Shown here one piece after another: positions 51,923-61,650 of a stretch of 64,000 nucleotides of DNA (position 1 is the first letter of the stretch; the number at the start of each line of letters is the position of its first letter). Origin of the DNA: Syntrophorhabdaceae bacterium (GTDB lineage: Bacteria > Desulfobacterota > Syntrophorhabdia > Syntrophorhabdales > Syntrophorhabdaceae); contig CAXXUO010000001.1 of assembly GCA_963666485.2 (NCBI GenBank), positions 608,001 through 672,000 on the forward strand, in the 5' to 3' direction. A model generated the notes under the pieces. The model was not told the DNA's origin. It was given only the letters and a program-made list of their open reading frames with translations, and made no database searches. The position numbers were made by a program, and so were the translations under genes.

Positions 51923-53285
51923 GATCGAACGCGTCCACTTCGTGGGCATAGGCGGCATTGGGATGAGCGGCATCGCCGAGGTCCTCATCAACCTCGGCTT
52001 CAAGGTGACAGGGTCCGATGTCCGCCAGACGGATATAACGGAGAGGCTCGCATCCCTCGGCGCGGTCATCTTCCAGGGCCACCGGGAGGAGAACATCGTC
52101 GATTCCGACGTCGTCGTCGTTTCGTCAGCGGTGAGACCCGACAATCCCGAGGTAAAAAAGGCACGTGAGCTCTTCATTCCCGTCATCCAGCGCGCCGAGA
52201 TGCTCGCCGAGCTCATGCGTATGAAATATTCGATCGCTGTCGCGGGGGCGCACGGAAAGACGACGACAACGTCCCTCGTTTCCTCGATCCTGGGCCAGGC
52301 CGGCCTTGACCCGACCTGCGTCATCGGCGGGCGCTTGAACAGCCTCGGCAGCAACGCGAAGCTCGGGGATAGCAAGTACCTCGTCGCCGAGGCCGACGAA
52401 AGCGACGGCACGTTCCTGCTTCTCTTCCCCACGATCGCTGTTGCGACGAACATCGACCTCGAGCACCTCGATTTTTACAAAGACATAAACGAGATCAAGG
52501 CGGCGTTCCTCGCATTCCTGAACAAGGTGCCTTTCTACGGGGTGAACATCCTTTGCATCGACAACCCGAACATCCAGGGCCTCATACCCTCGCTCAAGCG
52601 GCGCTACATGACCTACGGCTTGTCGAAGCAGGCCGATCTCAGGGCGGACAATATCTCGTACAAGGGGTTCGTAACAAAGTTCAGGGTGATATACAAAGGG
52701 TACGACCTGGGTGAGATCGAGCTTAACCTCGCCGGGGCGCACAATGTCGTGAACGCCCTTGCCGCCTGCGGCGTGGCGATCGAACTCGACATACCGTTTT
52801 ACACCATACAGGAGGCCCTCAAGAATTTCTCCGGCATCCATCGCAGGCTGGAGATAAAGTACGACGGCGATATCAAGCTCATAGACGATTACGGGCACCA
52901 CCCGACGGAGATCAAAGCGACCTTGAGCGCCATGCGGAAGATGTGGAAGGGCCGGATCATCGTCGCATTCCAGCCCCACCGCTACACGCGGACCCAGGGG
53001 CTCATGGATGAATTCGCCACGTCCTTCAACGAAGCCGACGTCCTCATCATTACCGAGATATACGCGGCATCGGAAGACCCTATCAAAGGGATCAGCGGAT
53101 CGGCGCTCGCCGAAAAGTTACGCGCGAGCGGGCATAAGAATGTGATCTTCGCCCCGACGCGGGATGATGTGATCGACAGGGTACTGGAAAACGCTAAACC
53201 GGGGGACGTCGTAATAACCCTCGGCGCCGGGGACCTGTACAGGATAGACGAACGTTTAAGAAGCGCATGGACTGGAAAGAAATAA
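51909..53285 (+). CDS. murC: UDP-MurNAc:L-Ala ligase
   Basis: GIGGIGMSG, GAHGKTTT, EADESD, DDYGHHPTE, FQPHRYTRT. Confidence 0.98.
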   Translation: MVFHKIERVHFVGIGGIGMSGIAEVLINLGFKVTGSDVRQTDITERLASLGAVIFQGHREENIVDSDVVVVSSAVRPDNPEVKKARELFIPVIQRAEMLAELMRMKYSIAVAGAHGKTTTTSLVSSILGQAGLDPTCVIGGRLNSLGSNAKLGDSKYLVAEADESDGTFLLLFPTIAVATNIDLEHLDFYKDINEIKAAFLAFLNKVPFYGVNILCIDNPNIQGLIPSLKRRYMTYGLSKQADLRADNISYKGFVTKFRVIYKGYDLGEIELNLAGAHNVVNALAACGVAIELDIPFYTIQEALKNFSGIHRRLEIKYDGDIKLIDDYGHHPTEIKATLSAMRKMWKGRIIVAFQPHRYTRTQGLMDEFATSFNEADVLIITEIYAASEDPIKGISGSALAEKLRASGHKNVIFAPTRDDVIDRVLENAKPGDVVITLGAGDLYRIDERLRSAWTGKK

Positions 53286-54163
53286 AAGGAGCGGTATTGA
53301 AAGACGTGCCCATGAAACGGTACACATCGATGCGGGTCGGCGGACCGGCGAGGATGCTCCTCTACCCGGCCGACAGGGCGGACCTGCAGGCAATGGTGCG
53401 CCGTCTTCGCGATTCGGGCATCCCGTACCGGTTCCTCGGCAACGGGACGAATATCATCGTCAGCGATGACGGCATCGGCGACGCGCTTATACGGCTAAGC
53501 AGGATGGCGAGGCTTCATTTCACCAAAACACCGGATGGGGCCATCGCGGAGGTCGGCGGCGGCTTTTCGCTCAAGCGCTTCATCCGTGAATGTGCGCGGC
53601 GCGGCCTCGGAGGGCTCGAGAAACTGTACTGGATACCCGGGAGCGTCGGCGGCGGCATCAGGATGAACGCGGGAAGCTTCGGCCAATCAATATCGGACAC
53701 ACTGACAGGCATCGCGGTCCTTGACGGCCGGGGCCAGGTGATCGAAAAAGAGACTGCGCCGGGTGATTTCGGATACCGCGCATCCCTCGTAAAGCAGTCC
53801 GAATGCGTCATCAGCGGGCGATTTCAGCTGAAAAATGCCGACAGGGCCCAACTCGAAAGGGACATGGACTACGTCTACCGGGAAAGGAAGTTGAGACACC
53901 CCATGGACTACCCTTCGGCGGGGTCCGTATTCAAGGGTGTCAATGGACAATCGGCATGGTGGTTCGTCGAAGAGGCGGGCCTGCGCGGGTACCGGATAGG
54001 CGACGCATGCGTCTCGGACAAGCATACGAATTTCATCATCAACATGGGACATGCCCGGGCCCGGGACATAGCCGCCCTTATCAAAAAGATAAAGGATGAG
54101 GTCCTGGCCAGGTTCGGTGTCACACTGGAGGAAGAAGTTGAGTTGTGGGGATTTAATGGATAA
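53267..54163 (+). CDS. murB: UDP-N-acetylenolpyruvoylglucosamine reductase
   Basis: GGPA, LGNGTN, IPGSVGG..RMNAG, SAGSVFK, HTNFIIN. Confidence 0.96.
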   Translation: MDWKEIKGAVLKDVPMKRYTSMRVGGPARMLLYPADRADLQAMVRRLRDSGIPYRFLGNGTNIIVSDDGIGDALIRLSRMARLHFTKTPDGAIAEVGGGFSLKRFIRECARRGLGGLEKLYWIPGSVGGGIRMNAGSFGQSISDTLTGIAVLDGRGQVIEKETAPGDFGYRASLVKQSECVISGRFQLKNADRAQLERDMDYVYRERKLRHPMDYPSAGSVFKGVNGQSAWWFVEEAGLRGYRIGDACVSDKHTNFIINMGHARARDIAALIKKIKDEVLARFGVTLEEEVELWGFNG

Positions 54164-55064
54164 GGAAACTTTGAAAACGATAAAGATAGGGGTCCTCTTC
54201 GGCGGCAGGTCATCGGAAAGGGAGATATCGCTGAGAAGCGGAAAGGCCGTTTTCGATGCCCTTATCCGGCTCGGATACAACGCGGTCGCGATCGACGCCG
54301 AGAAAAAACTTATCGATAAGCTAAAAAAACAGAAGATCGAGGCGGCTTTTATCGTGCTCCATGGAAGATGGGGCGAGGACGGTACGGTACAGGGACTCCT
54401 CGAGCTCATGGGAATACCGTACACCGGCCCCGGCGTGATGGGTTCGTCCGCGGCAATGGACAAGGCGATCATGAAATTCATCCTTGAGGCATCGCACATC
54501 CCCACCCCGAAATATGCCGTCGCGGGTGCGGGTGATCGTATCACCTTCAAACCGCCCTTCGTCGTGAAACCCGCAAACGAAGGATCGACGATAGGGATAT
54601 CGCTCGTCCAGAAAAGAAAGGATATACCGGCAGCCATGGAACTCGCGCTCAGGTACGACAGGAAAGTAGTTGTCGAAGAATTTATAGCCGGCCAGGAGAT
54701 CACGGTTGCCGTCATCAACGGAAGGGCCCTGCCCGTCATCGAGGTGCGGCCGCTGTCCGGTTTCTATGATTTCGAGGCAAAGTACACAAAAGGGATGACG
54801 GAATACATCGTCCCCGCCCGGATATCCCGGACGATCGCCAGAAAGGCGCAGGCCATCGCGCTCGATGTGAGCCGCCGGTTCGACCTTACCGGGTGCGTAC
54901 GGATCGATATGCTTATCAAGGAAGAGGTCCCCTACGTGATCGATATCAACACCTCCCCCGGCATGACGGAGACATCGCTCGTCCCCAAGGCATGGGCATA
55001 CGAAGGAAAGACATTTGACGAGCTTATCGACGAGATACTTTCAGGAGCTTCGCTGAAGATATGA
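54156..55064 (+). CDS. ddl: D-alanine--D-alanine ligase
   Basis: GG.SSEREISL, LHGRWGEDG, FYDFEAKY, INTSPGMT. Confidence 0.97.
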   Translation: MDKETLKTIKIGVLFGGRSSEREISLRSGKAVFDALIRLGYNAVAIDAEKKLIDKLKKQKIEAAFIVLHGRWGEDGTVQGLLELMGIPYTGPGVMGSSAAMDKAIMKFILEASHIPTPKYAVAGAGDRITFKPPFVVKPANEGSTIGISLVQKRKDIPAAMELALRYDRKVVVEEFIAGQEITVAVINGRALPVIEVRPLSGFYDFEAKYTKGMTEYIVPARISRTIARKAQAIALDVSRRFDLTGCVRIDMLIKEEVPYVIDINTSPGMTETSLVPKAWAYEGKTFDELIDEILSGASLKI

Positions 55065-55762
55065 AGAAGTTTCTCTACTTTCTGTTCATCGGGCCGGTCT
55101 GCATACTCTCCATGCTGTCGATCGCCTATTTGTTCTCCCGGGAGGAGCCGCTCTTTTTCCTGCAGAACATAAAGGTGAACGGCTTGAGCCAGCTCGGTGA
55201 CAAGGAAACGGTCGCGAAGATCCAGCCGTACGTCACGCAGAACATCTTCAAGGTGGACCTCGAGAAGATGCAGGAAACCCTTACCGCGCACCCCTTCGTC
55301 AAAGAGGTCAGCGTAAAGCGGGTCTACCCGTTCTCGCTCGTCATCGACGTGAAGGAGAAGAAGCCGTCCGCCCTCTGGGTCGCAAACGACGGCGCGGTCC
55401 TCGTCCTCGACGAGGCAGGCGAAGCGTACCGCTCACTGGGAAAGGACGACGTCAGGGGGCTCTACATTATCAATACCCGCGAAAAGTCTGATGCCAAGAG
55501 CGTCTTTCACGAGACAAACAGTTTTATCGCGGACGGGATAATCAAGAAAGGTCAGCTTTCGGAAGTATCTTACGTCAACGGGAATCTTATAATGTTCGGC
55601 TTCAATGACGGCGTCGAGATCATACTCGGCAAGGAAGACCACAAGACCCGGCTTAAACGGGCCATGACTGTCCTTAAGGACGCGAGCAAACGCGGCCTTC
55701 TCATAAAATGCATCGACGCGCGCTTTGAAAAAGGCGCCATAATCCAGGAAAAGAAGGGGTGA
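55061..55762 (+). CDS. ftsQ: Cell division protein FtsQ/DivIB
   Basis: TM + POTRA (HPFVKEVSVKRVYP..L.I.VKE), C-terminal IDARF; between ddl and ftsA. Confidence 0.88.
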   Translation: MKKFLYFLFIGPVCILSMLSIAYLFSREEPLFFLQNIKVNGLSQLGDKETVAKIQPYVTQNIFKVDLEKMQETLTAHPFVKEVSVKRVYPFSLVIDVKEKKPSALWVANDGAVLVLDEAGEAYRSLGKDDVRGLYIINTREKSDAKSVFHETNSFIADGIIKKGQLSEVSYVNGNLIMFGFNDGVEIILGKEDHKTRLKRAMTVLKDASKRGLLIKCIDARFEKGAIIQEKKG

Positions 55763-57012
55763 GGCGGGTGAAGGAAGAGGAACAGCTGCTTGTAGGTCTC
55801 GATATCGGAACAACGAAGATCTGCGTTGTCGTCGGAAAGGCGGCGGAAGACAAGGTCAACATCATCGGCATAGGATCGCATCCTTCCACCGGCCTGCGCA
55901 AAGGCGTCGTCGTCAACATGGACAGCACCGTCAACTCGATCAAGAAGGCCGTCGAAGAAGCGGAGCTCATGGCCGGCATCAAGATCGATTCATGCCTTGC
56001 CGGCATCGGCGGGGCCCACATCAAGAGCTTCAACAGCAATGGCGTTGTGGCGGTCAAGGACCGCGAGGTCCGTCCCGATGACATCGATCGTGCGATCGAC
56101 GCCGCAAAGGCGGTCGCCATACCCGCCGACCGGGAACTGATCCATGTCATCCCGCAGGAATTTATCGTCGATGACCAGGACGGGATACGCGACCCCGTGG
56201 GCATAACAGGGGTCAGACTCGAAGTGAAGGTACACATCGTGACCGGGAGCATCTCGTCAGCCCAGAACATCATCAAATGCTGCAAACTTGCCGGGCTCAA
56301 TGTCGACGACGTGATACTCTGCCAGCTCGCGTCGGCGGAAGCCGTCCTGACACCGGAGGAAAAGGAGATAGGCGTGGCCGTCGTCGACATAGGGGGCGGA
56401 ACGAGCGACATCGCCGTCTATGCGAACGGGGCAATAAAGCACACATCCGTCCTGCCGTTCGGCGGCAACAATATCACGAACGACATAGCGATCGGCCTGA
56501 GGACGCCGATCGACGACGCCGAGAAGATCAAGAAAAAATACGGCTGCGCTATGGCGAGCCTCGTCGGCCAGAATGAGACGATAGAGGTTCCGAGCGTCGG
56601 CGGCAGGAAACCCAGGACCCTCCAGAGAAAGACCCTGGCGGACATCATAGAGCCCCGGGTCGAAGAGGTGTCCTCACTTATTTACGATGAGATCAAGAAG
56701 TCGGGCCTCGAGAAGCTGCTTGCATCAGGCGTTGTCCTGACGGGCGGATGCTCGAACCTCGACGGGCTGCCGGAAATGGCGGAGAACATATTCAACCTGC
56801 CGGCCCGAAAAGGCGACCCGATCGGGGTCGGCGGGCTTATCGACGTCGTCAACAACCCGGCATATGCAACGGCTGTCGGGCTCTTGCTGTTCGGTTTCAA
56901 GGAAGGACGAGGGAAAAAACGCGGGTTTGACGCTGCGCGCTCGATGAGGAAGTTGTTCAGCAACCAGCGGCTGCTCACGAAGATGAAAGACTGGTTTAAA
57001 GAAATATTCTAG
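55759..57012 (+). CDS. ftsA: Cell division protein FtsA
   Basis: GLDIGTTKI, VDIGGGT, AEKIK, VLTGG, C-terminal amphipathic WFKEIF. Confidence 0.98.
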   Translation: MRRVKEEEQLLVGLDIGTTKICVVVGKAAEDKVNIIGIGSHPSTGLRKGVVVNMDSTVNSIKKAVEEAELMAGIKIDSCLAGIGGAHIKSFNSNGVVAVKDREVRPDDIDRAIDAAKAVAIPADRELIHVIPQEFIVDDQDGIRDPVGITGVRLEVKVHIVTGSISSAQNIIKCCKLAGLNVDDVILCQLASAEAVLTPEEKEIGVAVVDIGGGTSDIAVYANGAIKHTSVLPFGGNNITNDIAIGLRTPIDDAEKIKKKYGCAMASLVGQNETIEVPSVGGRKPRTLQRKTLADIIEPRVEEVSSLIYDEIKKSGLEKLLASGVVLTGGCSNLDGLPEMAENIFNLPARKGDPIGVGGLIDVVNNPAYATAVGLLLFGFKEGRGKKRGFDAARSMRKLFSNQRLLTKMKDWFKEIF

Positions 57013-57022
57013 GAGGTGCGAG

Positions 57023-58189
57023 GTGAGTGGAATGTTCTACATGGACGAGAGCAACGGTTTTTCAGCAAAATTGATTGTCGTGGGGGTAGGTGGAGGGGGC
57101 TGCAATGCACTCAACAACATGGTCGAAGCGGGGATCCAGGGTGTTGAGTTCATCGCGGTTAACACGGATATCAAGTCGCTCAGCACATGCAAGGCACCGG
57201 TCAAGATACAGATCGGGACGAAGCTGACCGAGGGGCTCGGTGCCGGTGCGAATCCCGAGGTAGGCAAAAAGGCCGCGCTCGAGGATGTCGACAAGATAAA
57301 GGACCACCTCAAGGGCGCGCACATGGTCTTCATCACCTGCGGGCTTGGCGGGGGAACGGGGACAGGGGCGTCACCGGTCATAGCGGAGATAGCGCGCGAG
57401 GTCGGGGCGCTCACGGTCGCGATCACGACGAAGCCTTTCGCCTTCGAGGGGAAGGACAGGATGACCCAGTCGGAAAACGGCGTCACCCAGCTCAAGTCAC
57501 GGGTTGACTCGCTCATTACGATCCCCAACCAGAGACTGCTCTCGGTCGGTGGAAAACACATGACGATCATGGAGGCATTTCTCAAAGCCGACGAGGTCCT
57601 CCTCAACGCGGTGCGTTCCATTTCCGACCTCATCATCGGGTCCGGCCATGTCGTCGTGGATTTCGCCGATGTCAAGACGATCATGAGCGAGCGGGGAATG
57701 GCCATCATGGGCATTGGCGAGGCACAGGGAGAGTCGAGGGCGCGCGACGCGGCACAGAAAGCGATCTCGAGCCCGCTTCTCGAAGATATCTCCATCCATG
57801 GCGCCCGCGGCGTTCTCATCAACGTCACCGGCAACACCGACATGACACTGATGGAGGTCAGCGAAGCATCGACGCTTATCCAGGAACAGGCCCACGAAGA
57901 CGCGAAGATCATCTGGGGCCTTGTCTACGACCCGTCCATGCAGGATATGATCAGGATCACCGTCATCGCGACCGGTTTCGAGGAACGGGCCGCCATAGAC
58001 GACGACACGACCGAGCTTTTCCTGAAGGACAGGCTCTTCGATGATGGCAGTATGCCGTCTTTTATGAAGAAGAAGGTCGCCATCGATTACAAGGTCGACT
58101 ACAAGGAAATCAGGCAGAAGAGCGATACGATCGATATCGACGACGATCGCTATGATATACCGACATTCCTCAGAAAACAGGCAGATTAA
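57023..58189 (+). CDS. ftsZ: Cell division protein FtsZ
   Basis: GVGGGG.NA, GAGANPEVG, GGGTGTG, DFADV, DIPTFLRKQAD. Confidence 0.99.
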   Translation: MSGMFYMDESNGFSAKLIVVGVGGGGCNALNNMVEAGIQGVEFIAVNTDIKSLSTCKAPVKIQIGTKLTEGLGAGANPEVGKKAALEDVDKIKDHLKGAHMVFITCGLGGGTGTGASPVIAEIAREVGALTVAITTKPFAFEGKDRMTQSENGVTQLKSRVDSLITIPNQRLLSVGGKHMTIMEAFLKADEVLLNAVRSISDLIIGSGHVVVDFADVKTIMSERGMAIMGIGEAQGESRARDAAQKAISSPLLEDISIHGARGVLINVTGNTDMTLMEVSEASTLIQEQAHEDAKIIWGLVYDPSMQDMIRITVIATGFEERAAIDDDTTELFLKDRLFDDGSMPSFMKKKVAIDYKVDYKEIRQKSDTIDIDDDRYDIPTFLRKQAD

Positions 58190-58345
58190 ATGTTGCGCTT
58201 ATACATTCATATCGAAGATGATCCCGCCCGATACCAGCCTCATCCGGGTTGGAGACGCAGTTTACGGCACCGCTTCGGCATGGACCTGCAATAACCTCCT
58301 GAACAGGGGGGCGGTGATATGCTCTCGTCCCGCCGCCCCCCACCT

Positions 58346-58468
58346 CTTCCGGATCATATCAAAGCACTGGCTTCGTTAGCTCCTCGTTGCACTCCTCGAC
58401 GTACGGACGTACGCCTGCGTCGCGCACCTCGTCGCTGCCTCGCCATTATCTTTGATATGATCCGGAAG
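58346..58468. repeat. 123-bp element with perfect 19-bp terminal inverted repeats (MITE/REP-like)
   Basis: CTTCCGGATCATATCAAAG (58346-58364) and CTTTGATATGATCCGGAAG (58450-58468). Confidence 0.75.
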
Positions 58469-58519
58469 GCCGGTTTCATACCTACCTTCGTTTTCCGTTT
58501 TATGTTATCGTAGTTACGT

Positions 58520-60145
58520 ATGTCGCAGAAGCGCAAAGGCAGGGAGAGTTCCGGTTGGACGGGATACCTCGCTGAGGAAAAAGGCACCGTCCGGAAGAAG
58601 TGGGGCGGAAGGGTTCCGGTCGCCGTGGTCTTTCCGAATTCGTACCACGTCGGGATGTCCAACCTCGCCGTTCACATCCTGTACGGGATGCTCAACGAAC
58701 GCGACGATGTTGTATGCGAGAGGTTCTTTTACGAAGACGATATGCCCCTTGTGTCCGTAGAAAACTCCCGGCCGCTTGCAGAGTTTGCCCTTGTTTTTTT
58801 CACCCTTTCGTTCGAGCTCGACTATCCCAATATTGTTTCAATCCTGGAGAGATCTTCCCTGCTCCCGTTTGCGAAGGACCGCGGCGAGCATTCCCCGCTC
58901 GTCGCCGGCGGCGGCGTCTGCGTCATGGCCAATCCCGAGCCGGTCGCACCGTTTTTCGATCTCATGTTATTGGGCGATATCGAGGCAACCCTGCCGCAAT
59001 TCATGGACCAATTCATGGCATCCCAGACGTCCGGCAGAGAGGATGTCATTGCCGGTTTTGAGGGTCTCCCCTTTGTGTATCGTCCGGCCAGCCTTTCCGT
59101 ACAGTACCGGGAGGACGGCCGGGTCGCAGGCTTCGAACCACCAGGCTTTTCGGTAAAGGTCGAGCATTATTCCGGAGACGCGCTCGGTTCATCCGCGGTC
59201 ATCTCGTCAGGCACAGAGTTCGGCGATATGGCCCCTTATCGAGGGAACCCGGGGGATGCCCGTCGCTGGTGCTCATTTTGCCTCATCGGGCAACCTGTAC
59301 AGGTTCCGGACCGAGGACATCCGGCCGACGATCGGCGATACCCGGGACGTGGGGATCATTGGCGGGGGGATGTCGTTCCACCCCCGGATCGTCGAGATCG
59401 TCGAGAGCTTCCGCAAAGAAGGTATCAGAGTACACCTGCCGTCACTTCGCCTCGACGAGGTCCCGATAGAACTGATCGGACTTCTCAAAGACGATATCAA
59501 AACCCTCACATTCGGGATCGAAGCGGGTACGGAGCAGCTTCGGGCATTTCTCGGCAAGAAAATAACCGATGACGAGATCCTCTCCCGCATCGGGGCAATC
59601 ATGGAGTTGAGGTCCTTTAATCTCAAGCTGTATTTCATGATCGGCAATCCCCGGGGAAAACCCTGGGCGACATCGATGCGATACCGGAACTCGTCAAAAA
59701 AGTCCGCCACATCATGATACAGCATGGGGCCCCGCGTGGATCGCTCGGGAATATCACGATCCATGTGAGCCCGCTGGTCCCCAAGGCGGCAACCCCGTTC
59801 CAGTGGGCACCCATGGAAGACATGGATGGGCTCAAGCTAAAGCTGGCACGCCTGCGCACCGCGTTCCGGAAGATAGACAACACGGTGTTCACACACGATT
59901 CGGTAAAGTTCAGCTTCCTCCAGGCAGTCCTCTCCCGCGGCGACAGGCGCATATCCGACGTGATAATCCGCCTGGCGCACGGTGAAAGCTTGAACAGGAT
60001 CGTCCGGGAAAGCTCCGTCAACCTGAATTTCTACGCCCTGCGGGAACGGTCTCCCGACGAGGTCTTCCCGTGGGATTTCATCCGTGGGCATATCTCTAAA
60101 AAGCACTTATTTGAAACGTTCAAAAAAAGAGTGGTGGTGAAGTAA
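58520..60145 (+). CDS. Radical SAM protein, split by apparent frameshifts (likely sequencing errors)
   Basis: FPNSY.VGMSNL, GG...ANPEP; removing single extra bases near 59232-59292 restores IEGTRGCxxxCSFC; later TFGIEAG, KLYFMIG.PGE, VPKA.TPFQW, FPWDFI. Confidence 0.8.
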
Positions 60146-60198
60146 AATCATCAAAATATGGACTCGTTACGCGTAAAAAATAGGTATTATAACGGTCA

Positions 60199-60227
60199 TT
60201 GACTTTTACCTTTCCATACTATACGAT
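60199..60227 (+). promoter_or_regulatory. Putative sigma70 promoter of ssb
   Basis: TTGACT-17 nt-TACGAT. Confidence 0.5.
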
Positions 60228-60270
60228 TGAGCATTAATTTTTTCTGCGATTAACCCAAGGGGGATAAAAA

Positions 60271-60710
60271 ATGTCTAATCTTAACAAGGTATTACTTGTC
60301 GGCCGCCTCGGCAAAGATCCCGAGGTGCGGTATACGGCGGATGGCACGCCCCGTCCGCGTCATTTACCATGGCCACGTCGGAAAGGTACAACGATCGGTC
60401 CGGCGTCAGGCAGGAGCGCACTGAGTGGCACAACATCGTTGTATGGCGTAAGCTTGCGGAGATCGCCGGTCAATACCTGAAAAAGGGATCTCTCGTATAC
60501 ATAGAAGGCAGGATACAGTCCCGGGAGTATGACGGGAAAGACGGCATCAAGAGACGGGCGTACGAGATCGTCGCTTCCGATATGAAAATGTTCCCGACAG
60601 GCCAGGGACAGGGACAGAACCAGAGCTATCAGCAGGAAGAGCGCAGGGGTTCAGGCCCATCCCGGTCATTCGATGACGATTTCGTGCGTGAGGATGATGT
60701 GCCTATGTAG
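60271..60710 (+). CDS. ssb: Single-stranded DNA-binding protein, apparent frameshift near 60350
   Basis: [18 protein letters not shown] in one frame; [28 protein letters not shown] in another. Confidence 0.9.
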
Positions 60711-60712
60711 GG

Positions 60713-60778
60713 ACGGCTAACGGCGTACGGCTAACGGCGTACGGCTAAAGGCGTACGGCTAAAGGCTAAAGGCGAAAG
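60713..60778. repeat. Heptamer tandem repeat (ACGGCTA/ACGGCGT/AAGGCTA)
   Basis: About nine heptamer units between convergent ssb and mtgA; reverse complement of the 5997-6042 array. Confidence 0.85.
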
Positions 60779-60786
60779 GTCGATAT

Positions 60787-61650
60787 TTACTTTGGTTCTC
60801 CCTGATCTGGAACGGGGGTTTCTTTCGCGGGCTGCACATTTTCGGGTTCACTCTTGACGGGAACGGGTGCCTCAATTAATTCTTCGGGGGGAGTTTTCAC
60901 GACTTCCTCGTATTCCGGAACGACAATTCCGCGCTTTGCCATGATGGCGTATATGATCTTTGCGCGGCGCTCTACGTACTGTGATGTGCCGTCTACACGG
61001 TAGCGGCGCGGGTTGGGCAGTGCGGCTGCCAACTTCGCGGCCTCTTCGGCCGTGAGCGCTGCTGCCGACTTGCCGAAATGCCTGCGTGCCGCAGCCTCGG
61101 CGCCAAATATGCCATCTCCCCATTCGACCACGTTCAGGTAAAGCTCCAGTATCCGCCGCTTTGTCAGCGTTTTTTCCATGCGCCATGTGATTATGGCCTC
61201 TTTGAGCTTGCGGACCGGGTTCTTGGCGGGGGTGAGATAGAGGTTCTTTGTCAGCTGCTGGCTTATCGTGCTGCCGCCCAGTTTGAACTTCCCTGATTCC
61301 AGGTTCTTTTCAAATGCCTTCTGAATGGCCTCTTTGTCGAAACCGTGGTGTTTCCAGAACTTGTCATCCTCCGCGATGAGCACGGCCTTCATGAGGTACG
61401 GGGATATGGACCCCAAAGGGACCCATCTTTGCTGGATCTTTATGTTCTTGCCTTTTGCACGGTATTCCGCCTCGCGGTATTGCATGAAAGAGGTCTTGCC
61501 CGGGTTCTGTTTCTTGAGTTTCGCTACGTCGGGGTAAACGAGGTAGAATGCACCGAAGCCTGCTACGCACAGGATGCCGATAATGAACAGATATACGATG
61601 AACCGGAAGAATCCGCCCGGCTTTTTCTTCTTCTTATTTTTCCTTTTCAA
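60787..61650 (-). CDS. mtgA: Monofunctional biosynthetic peptidoglycan transglycosylase
   Basis: GT51 motifs AEDDKF..HHGFD, GGSTISQQL.KNL, RK..E, RILELYLN..EWG, LAA.LPNP; no transpeptidase domain. Confidence 0.93.
   Translation of the reverse strand: MKRKNKKKKKPGGFFRFIVYLFIIGILCVAGFGAFYLVYPDVAKLKKQNPGKTSFMQYREAEYRAKGKNIKIQQRWVPLGSISPYLMKAVLIAEDDKFWKHHGFDKEAIQKAFEKNLESGKFKLGGSTISQQLTKNLYLTPAKNPVRKLKEAIITWRMEKTLTKRRILELYLNVVEWGDGIFGAEAAARRHFGKSAAALTAEEAAKLAAALPNPRRYRVDGTSQYVERRAKIIYAIMAKRGIVVPEYEEVVKTPPEELIEAPVPVKSEPENVQPAKETPVPDQGEPK

Noticed and set aside
54156..55064. Ddl as a D-Ala-D-Lac ligase (FYDFEAKY)
   Set aside because: The specificity-linked KY tyrosine is retained, consistent with an ordinary D-Ala-D-Ala ligase.
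58190..58294. 34-codon ORF right after ftsZ
   Set aside because: No clear RBS or recognisable motif; cannot be supported.
58520..60710. Programmed frameshifting or true pseudogenes in the radical SAM gene and ssb
   Set aside because: Multiple clustered homopolymer insertions fit sequencing error better.
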